Source: Laetmonice hystrix (lineage: Eukaryota). Taken from it: a stretch of 64,000 nt of DNA. Numbering within the stretch: position 1 is the stretch's first letter; each line of letters starts with the position of its first letter. A program made the position numbers and the translations under genes. The stretch lies in assembly GCA_965235115.1 (NCBI GenBank), contig OZ249449.1, positions 5,642,001-5,706,000 of the forward strand. Reading direction: 5' to 3'. This document shows, in pieces, positions 52,119 through 64,000 of this stretch. The notes beneath the pieces are model-generated. The model did not search any database. It had not been told where the DNA came from and saw only the letters and a list, made by a program, of their open reading frames with translations.

Positions 52119-55100
52119 ATGGAAGGAGGTTTTGGACCTTCGGGAAGCGACCGAACCTACGCGGACCTGAAAGATCTCGAGGCTCGCGGCTACCGTCTGA
52201 CAGATGCTGATGAAGATGATGTCCCCGAGGTGGAGGGTGTGACTGTGAGAAAGGGCGTCGTCATGCCTGCCAAGGCCCGGTCTCACGGGGGCATCAGGGA
52301 CTGTGTCGACCTCCTCGGGCACACAAGGGTAAGTATATATAATTATATCCCGTAAAATCTAAGTTAGAGCTTATACTCTAGATAATGACGTCATGACGGA
52401 AAGCGCAGAATGTAGGTTGGGGAGGATCGCAGCTACGTCACGCTGTCAGAACTCGAGGTTGGCCTTGTTGTAATTTACTCGGAAGAGACGTCATTTCCAG
52501 CCCCCCCTAAACCTAACTCAAGTGTTTGGCTTGGAGTCCAGACTTTAAATCACTTGAACAAACAGATTTCGTTTGGCAGCCGTCTTCGATCTTTGACTTT
52601 GCGTGGGCCGTGGCTGAAACTGAGTGAAAGTGAAACGTGAAAGTTTGGAGTTGGAATCGGAGCCGGAAGAAGACTAACCCAAGGCCAAACCACATAGCCC
52701 CAATGATATTAGATTAGAAGGATTATATTTAAGTAGATCTAGGGTATGTCTACTCTAAGCCTAGTTAATCCTAATGCTACTTTGGCTGGCGGAGAGCCAT
52801 GGCCGCATCATGTTGGGCGGTGTGCATCACTGCATGCGGTGTCCACGTGATCGGAGCATGACAGTTGGCCATACTCACCAGGTGGCGCCATCGACAACTT
52901 GGCCGGAAGTGACGAAATGACAGGCTTCTTGGTACTTGGTGGGCAGGGACTCGGGTTGTGAAGTGGGGATTTGTACTTTGTAGGGGCTCGTGGGCCCCCT
53001 CTAATCTTATTTATTAATTTTTAGTTATAAATTAAGTAAAATGTATAGATCTAAGGGGTAAATTTGTCTAAGACTAAGTCAAGAGTTAAACTTAAACTTT
53101 AAAGTCATAAATGATACAGAGAGATACTCTCTACTACGCCTATCACTATCAGTATCATATCCCTATCAATCATGCTATGACTTGAGACTGCCTTTGCCAT
53201 AGCTAGGCCTATGGCTAAGCCTATGGCATAGCTATGGCATATGCCATGGCTATGGCTAATCCTAATACCAGAAAATTTGGTATTCGAATTTAGAATTTAG
53301 TAATGCTGGCCGCCTAGTACTAGAATAGAAAATGTTAAGATTTATTTTAGACTTGGCCAATTACGTGGTGGTAATTTAAATGACTGTAATTTAGTGACAC
53401 TACAAAAATTAAAATATACATTATATTACTCCTTTCATGGATGGTCAACAAAATATTAATTCAGAAAAAAAGGTACGAAAAAAACCGCAGCAATAGAAAG
53501 AAAAAAAGAAAAAAAAAAAAGAAAAAAGAAACAAGGATATAAGATAATACGATCTCTAAAGGCTTCATTAAAAATAAAAAAAAAACAAGGAACTTTTGAC
53601 TTGAGCTCCCATCCTTTTTTGTTGTTGGTGATGGTTTTGATGTTGTTTTTGTTTGGTCCTAATAGGTCCTATACGATCATGAGTAAAAAATAAATAGACA
53701 AATGATTTTTATTTAGAAAGAAACGTTTTCGGCAGAAAATACATTTTACATACCAGAAGATACGTACCCCTTCCTAATGGAATTGTTCATACCTGGAAGT
53801 TGAAGTAAAATATTTAATTAAAAGTGAATGAAAATTATATTTTCTTGATTGAACTTGAATCTGAAAGTCCTGAAATAGTTTTCAAATAATCCTGATCTTG
53901 ATCAGTGGGAACCCTGTAGATAAAGATGCAAAAGTAAAGGGTGAGCCCTAGTATAAAGAGTGTTTTCATTTTAGAAAATACTACATTCGTTTTTGCTAAT
54001 TTGGGTAGGGTACAGCAGGGTTGTAGCCAGAAATTTTTGTCAGAGCGGTACTGAGCGGCCGACGCAGGTGGCCGTCTTTCTAGGGGGGTCCCGAGGCACA
54101 GAGCCGTTGTGCGGGCGAAATATTAGGGGGGGGGCGTGAACAGTGGCGTAGCTAGACTTTTTTTCCACAGGGGGGGGGGGGTAAGCACCTAAGATTTCCG
54201 AAATTTTGTAAGGAAAATAAAAAGTCTGCCAAAAAAACAAACAAAAAAAACAAAAAAAAAAACAGGGACATTTTTACCAAATACAGTACAGCGAATTTTA
54301 CCGAATTGGAAATTGGGGGGGGGGGCAGCCCCAACGGGCCCCTATGGGCACGACGGCACTGGGTCGGGCCTTAGGAATACCTCAACTTGGGAAAACCGCA
54401 CTGTAGTTTGGTTTCATTTGATGATCTAGTGTCCCAGATGGCAAATTTCCGAATTTTTCATTTTCCAGAGCCAGGGGGGCAATTGCCCCCCTGCCCCCTG
54501 TAGCTACGCCACTGCCCTTGAACATGCTTAAATACCGAATCGAGAATACTCCTCAAAAAAAAAACTGACAAGCAAAAAAAAAAAATTGTTTTTTTTTTTA
54601 ATTTTTGAAAATTTTCAGCGCGGCGGAGGCGCTTGTCAGCGCGGCGCTGCGCTGCGCCCCGTGTCCGCGCTTTGGATACAACTGCTCAAAAAATCTTAAA
54701 GCATGGTGTTATTTATTAGGACAGCCTTGGTGCACAGATCCCCCCCCCCCCCCCGCCCCGAGGGCGCAGAGTGAAGCCTGAAGGGACAAGGGCTAAGTTG
54801 ACTCAGTCAGTGTCTCGATCAGTAGACCATATCTTGATCTTGATTAATTAATTAATTTCCCATTTTTCAGATCAATGTCCAGGTGGCCAATAACTTAGCT
54901 ACCCCTGTGCCATACCTCAGTGAGGTCTTCGAGCCTGATAAAATCCACGTCAAACGTACTCAGGTGCATCCTAACATCGTAAGTAGTCAATGGGAACTGT
55001 CGTAGTGAATACTGCCAACAGTTTAGTTTACCTGGTGTTTTATCCTCTTAAAGCAAAATCGTAGGGAAAGTCCAAAAAAACGGAAAACGGAAAAGTAGAT

Positions 55101-58100
55101 TTAGGTGACCATGAAGCTGGAAAATGGTACGTTAAACTTAAAGGTTTTCCTTACCTAATCAATCATTGTTCCATGACAGGCGGTTCTGTATGACGTCATT
55201 GCGTCCAAGGATGGTTACCGGACGTACGTCATTCAGGAGGCCCCAAGGGGTGACGATGCCATGACGTATATGAAGAAGATGAAATGCGCTGAACATAAGG
55301 CTCGCGAGGTCTTTGCTCAGGTCGCTGAGGCCATCTTCCATTGTCATAAGGAAAAGTACGATCATGGGTACGTTAGAAGTTTGGTCTTTGGTTTCAATGA
55401 AACTTCAGGGGGAGAAGTCCTACTCCTCCTATTCTCCCTTCTTCCACGTTTCAGCGCCCGTAATTTGAATAAGGCTGATAGGTCAGAGGTTACTCTTTCT
55501 TGGTTCCCGCTTTTGTTTCGTTTTCAATACTCCTGTAGAAACAACAAAAAATAAAGAGTCTCTAGAGCTCTTAACTGGACCTCAGGACAGAATTTAGGAT
55601 AAGTTTTTGGTCCTAAGGAAATTGGCTAGGATGTAAGAAGACTTTATTTTGAACATTTCAGCGAGGTGCGCAGTGGATCTGTGCGCATTGATAAGCATGG
55701 AGATGCTAAAATCCTTGGTAAGCATGAATTAATTATTTATTTAGTTCGCATTTATTATCAATCTTTTGTGTTCAGCTTCACAAAGCTGAATTTATTGACA
55801 GCTAATTCATTTAAAATAGTTAAATACTCTTAGCTACGGTATTTATAATCTAAAAAAATGTATACTATTATAAACCGTTTCTTTTGAAAGAATATTAGCC
55901 CTCAAACTTACTAGGTTGTAAGGTAGAATGAGGTCTTATTGGTCAACCTAAAAATGAGCCAACGATCTGTACTGAGTAAATCTGAAACATGTTAAAGGTT
56001 AAAATTATGTCTTTATACTAAAATTCTATAGCTTGGACAGTGAAGTAAGGTAAGACATAATGAATGCGTGGTGTGTGTGATTGGAAAGATTAGTTGGCTT
56101 GTTGTATGTGTATTTGTTTGAAAGAGTCCATTTTGATCATTTACTAAAAATTGAAATTTTAATTTTTCGCATGTTGTCTTGGTAGAATTAATTCGTTAGA
56201 ACTTACATATTCGAACGTTACATATTCGAATAGGTGTGCACATTTTATTTTCTCTCTCTTTCTCTGCACTCTAGAGGTGGCCTCACTGTTAGTGTTAGTG
56301 TAGTTGGCTAGAGATCCTGCAAATTGTACAAACTAATTACTAGAAATAGCAGAAGAAACGTTTTCCACAATTTGGCTCATCACTGAGTATTATAATGAGT
56401 TGATTATTGTAATGTTCAGTTTCAACCAGAATAATGTACCTCCGTCACTGTTTTTGTACAATTTTCTTCTTGCAACCCATACAAAATCATGGTCTCGTCA
56501 TAATAATACCACCTTTCTCACAACCTGGTGAACTGACTGAAATTGGAATAAAAAAGCAACAAATCTGTGATAAAATTTCAAGGGACAGCTGGAAAGTATA
56601 TTTGGCATTTGATTTGATATTGAGATTAAAGTAAAATTTAAAATAATAATAAAAAATATTGTTCACCTCGGAGGGGGTGGGGGGGGGGGGCTGATCGACA
56701 GAGACAATGACGAGCCTTTAATAGCTTCGCATAAATATGTCTTTAAGCCCATTAAAGACGTTTACTTAGTTGTCTGGAGAGGGTGACAACAATTTATTTA
56801 TATTCGGTCTTTAGACTTGGGACTGTCACGCAAGATCAATCCCAAACATTGCTACGGCAGGAAGATCCCACCAACTGCTCACGATATGTTCAACCTGTAA
56901 GTAGTTACCACTTTCAACGGGCATTATCAACTGAAAAATGGCAAAGTATACGTTTGTCATGATTCTGTTAAGAACTGGAGAAGAACTTTTATTTGTTGGT
57001 AGTTGTAATGTAAGTTACCCACATGTTTTACTCATCCCTATGGAGTTACCCACTTCCTACATAACAATGCTACATGCTACATAACAATGATGCACACAGT
57101 TTATAATTGTCATCACTGATTAACAGGATGATGATGTTTTTGTAATGTGGTATAGGGGTGTCCTGCTCTATGAGCTCCTCCACGGCTGTCGCCCGGGTCC
57201 AGGAACCCTTGATGAGCTGGAGCGCAGTCTCAACCTCAACCACATCAAGATCGGCCCAACTGTGCCCAGAGGTAACGATTTCACTCAGACTAACATTAAC
57301 AACAATCTTTTCTATTACATTTTAAAAGTATTGGGAAGGGGTATGCATCGTTATATTATAAGCCTGTTATATATAAGCAGATCTATATAGGCATGCTTAT
57401 TGAGTAGCGTGAAATCTGAGGTGCGTTTCACAACCTGTCATTCAGAAACTTCTTACAAGTGTCATTAACATTACACAGGGTTTGGACAGGTCCTTGGAAG
57501 TACTTGAAAGTATTTGAATTTTATCATAGATTTTTCATGGATTTTAAACATGCATGATGATCGGAGCCCGGAAACGTCTATGACTATAAGTGTCCCCTGG
57601 TGACTGAGCCCGGAAACGTCAATTACAGACGTGAGCCGATAGATGGCGCCAGTCTATGACTATAAGTGCCCCCTGGTGACTTGTAGACTTACTATTGCAG
57701 CGGCCGTCCAGCTGATGTACAGGCTCATGGATCCAGACCCCATGAGGCGCCCCCTGCCGGATGACGTCCGCAATGACCCCTGGATGCTCGGAGTGCCAGA
57801 GGGCACCGCCATCTTCCGTCAGAGGAAGAGGGTAATTCTCCCAAAGCTGCAGAAGGGTACCAATGACCTGATCAAACTCCGCCAGATGGGCAGCGTCCAA
57901 GTCGGTGAAGCCCAGAGCATGCCAAACTGTGCCATGCCTGAAAAACGTAAGTATGACTTATACATTACACAAATACACCAATATTAAGGGTTTGGCATCT
58001 TCGTGCTTTTCTTCTTCATCTTTTTCATTTTCATTTTCTTCTTGATTTTCTTTTTCTTCGTTTTTCCCCCGTTTTCCCCCCATTTTCCTCATGAATTCTT

Positions 58101-60297
58101 CTTGTTCTTCATATCCTTTTTTCGCATTTTTCTTTTCTTCGTCTGCATTTTCCTCTTCATTTTCCTCCTTGCACTCCTTGTACTCCTTGCCTCCTCCGTC
58201 TTATTGGTTTTCTTGTTAGAATTTAGAACTTGGTCCTCTCATTTCCAGCCACCGAAAACCTTGCTGCCAAGAAGCCAAAGCAGGCCAAGCGCAGGGTTGA
58301 AAGCCCAGACAGTGGTGACGAAGGTGAACTCCTTGACTGTTCCCTCACCGTGCGGGGAATCGCAAAGCCAAACCCCGATAGGCCCAAGTCCAAACTTGCC
58401 CGCCCGTCTGCATCCAAGGAAAATTGCAAGCAGCAGGTTTGTGTACTTCTGGACTTGCAGTCAAAGTCAGGATATGGTTGTTGAACTTTCTTTCTGCTGC
58501 AGGTGACTTACATAGATCGATGTGGTTCCAAATGTTTAAAATGGGAATCATGGGATTTGCTCAAGTTTATATTACTAACGAACCTGCTGTTGGTCAAATG
58601 TTCTTTGCTACATACAGACAAGTATGTGAAATACGTAATTTCTAATCACATACTTTTCCATATATCTTAGGTGAAGGAAACTCCTGCCAAAGTGAAGGTT
58701 GAACGCTTCCAGTTCATTGCCCAATCCCGTGGCTCACCGAGCCCAGCTGAGGTAATCGAAGAGGACATCAAACCCCGCAGACCACCTGCCAGGCCTGCTA
58801 GGATCATCAGCCCTGCCCTCTCCGTCGGTGAGGCCATCCTAGAGAGGGTCAAGCGCCCCAAACCATCTGCCAGGGCCGCTGGGACCATCAGCCCCGCCCT
58901 CTCCGTCAGTGATGAGCCAGAGAAGGTCAAGACCCCCAAACCTCCATCCAGGGCCGCTGGAACCATCAGCCCTGCCCTCTCCGTCAGTGATGAGCCAGAG
59001 AAGGTCAAGACCCCCAAACCTCCATCCAGGGCCGCTGGAACCATCAGCCCAGCCCTCTCCGTCAGTGGATCCATCCCAGACGAGGACATGCCCACTAACA
59101 TCGCGAGTCCTCCACAGAGTGCACGCAGCACCTCCGCTGAACCAAACGGAAAGGTACCCAAGTCTTTCGTAGTTCCAAAATGGATTCCTTTGTACGTAGT
59201 ATAGAAAGAAGATCTTTAGAAGTTGATGGCAAACCATTACTTTGTCCTCAACCTTAGATTGAGACTGACTTGCAATATTTGTTGGTTGATCGTGAGCAGG
59301 TTGTCTTTGTCGAGGATGCCAAGGAGCCCAAGAGGCAGTCAGTCGCTGATCTCATCAAATCGGGCCATGTCCCACGTCCGCCAAGTGAGTTTCCCCAAGT
59401 ATCACCAAGAGCAATCACTTAGACCGACTAACTTATACTTGCCCCCTCAAAAAAAAAAAAAAAAAAAGAAAGACCAGATGGTCCTCAGAGTATAAAGATC
59501 AGAATTATTGATTAAATTGATTGAGAATTTACTGTATGCGCCAAAACTGGGCTTGATTTGACCTCCCCCTGAGAGGTTTCCCTGGGTATGCTGCTTGTAT
59601 ATGTAGATCATGTCATACCAGACCAGACGTCTACCAGAACGGCCTGATAGCCTCATTGTGAGGAAGCATAAAAACACCATTCCCACTCGTATAGATGTTA
59701 AGAAGAAAAGTATATTATATAAATGTATTAAAAGTGATATTCTATTGATATCAGCTGGCAAACGCCCAGAAAACACCGGCCGTCCGAAACGCGTCCACAA
59801 GACGATCGCGCTGCCCACTGTGGCCGTCAAGGAGAGTGAGCGATCTGCTGCTGTAAGTTTTACTCTAAATAATCACTCAGTAACATAACAACAACGTTCG
59901 TCTGGGAAATTCCATTAAGTAAATGACATGTTTATAGTTTAGTTCCCATAGTTGATACATTTATATATTAGAAACTATTTTATGTACACCAACGAATCTT
60001 GAAAAAAGAAATGTGTCCTAATCCCTACTGGACACATAGGATCGGTATTGTATTGTTCCAAATCAGTTGTTCAAACCTTAGAATGAAGACATCCACCTTA
60101 ACAAATGATGTATCCAGGGACATCTTAACGCTACCCCTGACATCAATTTGAGATGTACTTTTTACTGCACCCAACAGCCGCCCACCAAGATCGCACGCTC
60201 ATCCGTCACCGGACCGCCATCGGTCCTGAACATCCGACCCCCAAAGTCTCCAAAAAGGAAGACCAGCCTGAAGCTGCCAAAGATCCAGATTGACTAG
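52119..60297 (+). CDS. CAMK-group (TSSK-like) protein-kinase-fold protein, predicted pseudokinase, 659 aa, with repetitive Pro/Lys/Ser-rich tail
   Basis: 12 GT-AG exons with matching phases: 52119-52328, 54871-54978, 55180-55367, 55662-55717, 56815-56896, 57156-57271, 57701-57946, 58249-58436, 58671-59153, 59300-59384, 59755-59852, 60178-60297. Total 1980 nt, open to TAG; start context GAAAATGG. Kinase landmarks: HPNI, AREVFAQVAEAIFHCH, AKILDLG, DMFNLGVLLYELLHG, RLMDPDPMRR...DPWM. Confidence 0.8.
54141..54514. mobile_element. CAGTGGCGTA-type MITE within a cluster of poly-G/poly-A MITE fragments in intron 1 of the kinase-like gene
   Basis: 14-bp TIR CAGTGGCGTAGCTA / TAGCTACGCCACTG. Confidence 0.65.
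58788..59070 (+). repeat. Coding 78-bp (26-aa) tandem repeat, ~3.5 copies
   Basis: RAAGTISPALSVSDEPEKVKTPKPPS is present twice nearly identically, with a diverged first copy and a partial last copy, inside exon 58671-59153. Confidence 0.9.
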
Positions 60298-60729
60298 TGA
60301 AGTCAGTCTCCGAGAGGGAGGGGGGACTCCGCCGTGGTCGTAAGGAGATCATTGCTGAGTCATATCATTGTATATATCCACAAATCTCAAATTGTCAGGC
60401 AATATATGGAATGCATTTGCTCATCAACCAACATCATATTTCGTAGCAACAAAAAATCTAAGTTAGTATGAAAATGGTAATGAACATCATCCCTCGTATA
60501 AAAATAATCATGATTTACAAAACTCAAAAATGGTTATTGTAGTTCTAAAGACCAGCATTTAGAATATCAAACTTGTATTACTTGGGACAGATAAGTATAC
60601 AAACCTAAAAAATGATCATCGTAGAAAACCAAACAGATCAAGGATCATTTTAAACAGTATAGTTATGGATCTCAACAATGGAAGTTGTAGGTAACCCTTC
60701 ATCGATTGTAGTGTAGAACAGTGTACGGA

Positions 60730-63700
60730 CCTCAAAATGGTCCTTGTTGAAGCCTACCACCAAGTATGAACCAGGTGAACAGTATGGTACAGATAGATCT
60801 CAAAACGGTCCTTGTTGAAGCCTACCACCAAGTATGAACCAGGTGAACAGTATGGTAGAGATAGATCTCAAAATGGTCCTTGTTGAAGCCTACCACCAAG
60901 TATGAACCAGGTGAACAGTATGGTACAGATAGATCTCAAAACGGTCCTTGTTCAAGCCTACCACCAAGTATGAACCAGGTGAAGAGTATGGTAGAGATAG
61001 ATCTCAAAACGGTCCTTGTTGAAGTCTACCACCAGGTATGAACCAGGTGAAGAGTATTGTAGAGATGGATCTCAAAACGGTCCTTGTTGAAGCCTACCAC
61101 CAAGTATGAACCAGGTGAAGAGTATGGTAGAGATAGATCTCAAAAGGTTCTTCTTGAAGTCCACCACCAAGTATGAACCAGGTGAAGAGTATGGTAGAGA
61201 TAGATCTCAAAACGGTCCTTGTTGAAGCCTACCACCAAGTATGAACCAGGTTAAGAGTATGGTAGAGATAGATCTCAAAACGGTCCTTGTTGAAGCCTAC
61301 CACCAAGTATGAACCAGGTGAACAGTATGGTACAGATAGATCTCAAAACGGTCCTTGTTGAAGCCTACCACCAAGTATGAACCAGGTGAACAGTATGGTA
61401 CAGATAGATCTGAAAACGGTCCTTGTTGAAGCCTACCACCAAGTACGAACCAGATGAACAGTATGGTAGAGATGGATCTCAAAATGGTCCTTGTTGAAGC
61501 CTACCACCAAGTATGAACCAGGTGAAGAGTAAGGTAGAAATAGATCTCAAAATGGTCCTTGTTGAAGCCTACCACCAAGTATGAACCAGGTGAAGAGTAT
61601 GGTAGAGATGGATCTCAAAACGGTCCTTGTTGAAGCCTACCACTAAGTATAAACCAGGTGAAGAGTAAGGTACTCTAGATGGATCTCAAAACGGTCCTTG
61701 TTAAAGCCCACCACCAAGTATGAACCAGGTGAAGAGTATGGTAGAGATGGATCTCAAAATGGTCCTTGTTGAAGCCCACCACCAAGTATGAACCAGGTGA
61801 ACAGTATGGTAGAGGTAGATCTCAAAATGGTCCTTGTTCAAGCCTACCACCAAGTACGAACCAGGTGAAGAGTATGGTAGAGATAGATCTCAAAACGGTC
61901 CTTGTTGAAGCCTACCACCAAGTATGAACCAGGTGAAGAGTATGGTAGAGATAGATCTCAAAACGGTCCTTGATGAAGCCTACCACCAAGTATGAACCAG
62001 GTGAACAGTATGGTACAGATAGATCTCAAAACGGTCCTTGTTGAAGCCTACCACCAAGTATGAACCAGGTGAAGAGTATGGTACAGATAGATCTCAAAAC
62101 GGTCCTTGTTGAAGCCTACCACCAAGTATGAACCAGGTGAACAGTATGGTACAGATAGATCTTAAAACGGTCCTTGTTGAAGCCTACCACCAAGTATGAA
62201 CCAGGTGAACAGTATGGTACAGATAGATCTCAAAACGGTCCTTGTTGAAGCCTACCACCAAGTATGAACCAGGTGAAGAGTATGGTAGAGATAGATCTCA
62301 AAATGGTCCTTGTTGAAGCCTACCACCAAGTATGAACCAGGTGAACAGTATGGTACAGATAGATCTCAAAACGGTCCTTGTTGAAGCCTACCACCAAGTA
62401 TGAACCAGGTGAACAGTATGGTACAGATAGATCTCAAAACGGTCCTTGTTGAAGCCTACCACCAAGTATGAACCAGGTGAACAGTATGGTACAGATAGAT
62501 CTGAAAACGGTCCTTGTTGAAGCCTACCACCAAGTACGAACCAGATGAACAGTATGGTAGAGATGGATCTCAAAATGGTCCTTGTTGAAGCCTACCACCA
62601 AGTATGAACCAGGTGAAGAGTAAGGTAGAAAGAGATCTCAAAATGGTCCTTGTTGAAGCCTACCACCAAGTATGAACCAGGTGAACAGTATGGTAGAGGT
62701 AGATCTCAAAATGGTCCTTGTTCAAGCCTACCACCAAGTACGAACCAGGTGAAGAGTATGGTAGAGATAGATCTCAAAACGGTCCTTGTTGAAGCCTACC
62801 ACCAAGTATGAACCAGGTGAAGAGTATGGTAGAGATAGATCTCAAAACGGTCCTTGATGAAGCCTACCACCAAGTATGAACCAGGTGAACAGTATGGTAC
62901 AGATAGATCTCAAAACGGTCCTTGTTGAAGCCTACCACCAAGTATGAACCAGGTGAAGAGTATGGTACAGATAGATCTCAAAACGGTCCTTGTTGAAGCC
63001 TACCACCAAGTATGAACCAGGTGAACAGTATGGTACAGATAGATCTTAAAACGGTCCTTGTTGAAGCCTACCACCAAGTATGAACCAGGTGAACAGTATG
63101 GTACAGATAGATCTCAAAACGGTCCTTGTTGAAGCCTACCACCAAGTATGAACTAGGTGAAGAGTATGGTAGAGATAGATCTCAAAATGGTCCTTGTTGA
63201 AGCCTACCACCAAGTATGAACCAGGTGAACAGTATGGTACAGATAGATCTCAAAACGGTCCTTGTTGAAGCCTACCACCAAGTATGAACCAGGTGAACAG
63301 TATGGTACAGATAGATCTCAAAACGGTCCTTGTTGAAGCCTACCACCAAGTATGAACCAGGTGAACAGTATGGTACAGATAGATCTGAAAACGGTCCTTG
63401 TTGAAGCCTACCACCAAGTACGAACCAGATGAACAGTATGGTAGAGATGGATCTCAAAATGGTCCTTGTTGAAGCCTACCACCAAGTATGAACCAGGTGA
63501 AGAGTAAGGTAGAAAGAGATCTCAAAATGGTCCTTGTTGAAGCCTACCACCAAGTATGAACCAGGTGAAGAGTATGGTAGAGATGGATCTCAAAACGGTC
63601 CTTGTTGAAGCCTACCACTAAGTATAAACCAGGTGAAGAGTAAGGTACTCTAGATGGATCTCAAAACGGTCCTTGTTGAAGCCCACCACCAAGTATGAAC

Positions 63701-64000
63701 CAGGTGAAGAGTATGGTAGAGATGGATCTCAAAATGGTCCTTGTTGAAGCCCACCACCAAGTATGAACCAGGTGAACAGTATGGTAGAGATAGATCTCAA
63801 AATGGTCCTTGTTCAAGCCTACCACCAAGTACGAACCAGGTGAAGAGTATGGTAGAGATAGATCTCAAAACGGTCCTTGTTGAAGCCTACCACCAAGTAT
63901 GAACCAGGTGAACAGTATGGTAGAGATAGGTCTCGAAACGGTCCTTGTTGAAGCCTACCACCAAGTACGAACCAGGTGAAGAGTATGGTAGAGATAGATC
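60730..64000. repeat. 68-bp tandem repeat array (~48 units, continues past the window end) with higher-order duplications
   Basis: Unit GATCTCAAAACGGTCCTTGTTGAAGCCTACCACCAAGTATGAACCAGGTGAACAGTATGGTACAGATA. Period 68 (e.g. 60791 to 60859). Rare variants recur at offsets of 884 and 1975 bp. Confidence 0.95.

Noticed and set aside
55356-55661. A missing HRD micro-exon in the kinase gene
   Set aside because: Using the donor at 55368, the spliced sequence aligns to the catalytic loop without a gap. The one micro-exon candidate (~55618-55632) introduces a stop.
58003-58506. 167-aa Phe-rich ORF suggesting a membrane protein
   Set aside because: Reads through a pyrimidine-rich intron (57947-58248) and then out of frame across a real exon.
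61297-63457. Three identical 61-aa ORFs on the minus strand
   Set aside because: By-products of the 68-bp repeat (period not a multiple of 3) and its higher-order duplications.
60730-64000. CRISPR-like array
   Set aside because: Units are contiguous 68-bp copies with no unique spacers, no cas genes are present, and the context is eukaryotic.

Overview
Eukaryotic (animal) genomic DNA with GT-AG introns. The SINE/MITE content and AT-rich introns look like a marine invertebrate, but the taxon cannot be fixed from sequence alone. The window holds four main things. (1) Three paralogous ABCC4/MRP4-like ABC transporter genes: copy A (+, 1514-15020, 30 exons, ~1350 aa, apparently intact); copy B (-, 30013-16617, tail-to-tail with A, apparently intact, with an extra upstream exon); and copy C (-, 49400-40919, a direct repeat of B that lacks exons 1-11 and has a damaged exon 22). 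(2) A transposon-rich interval at 29-41 kb, with SINEs, MITEs, a CACTA/EnSpm-like element nested in a Harbinger-like MITE, and two isolated CRAL-TRIO-like exons. (3) A 12-exon gene (+, 52119-60297, 659 aa) for a CAMK-group (TSSK-like) kinase domain in which nearly every catalytic motif is substituted, followed by a Pro/Lys/Ser-rich tail with 26-aa repeats. (4) A 68-bp tandem array with higher-order duplications from ~60730 to the window end. All gene models were spliced by hand; family assignments rest on recalled motifs, not database searches.
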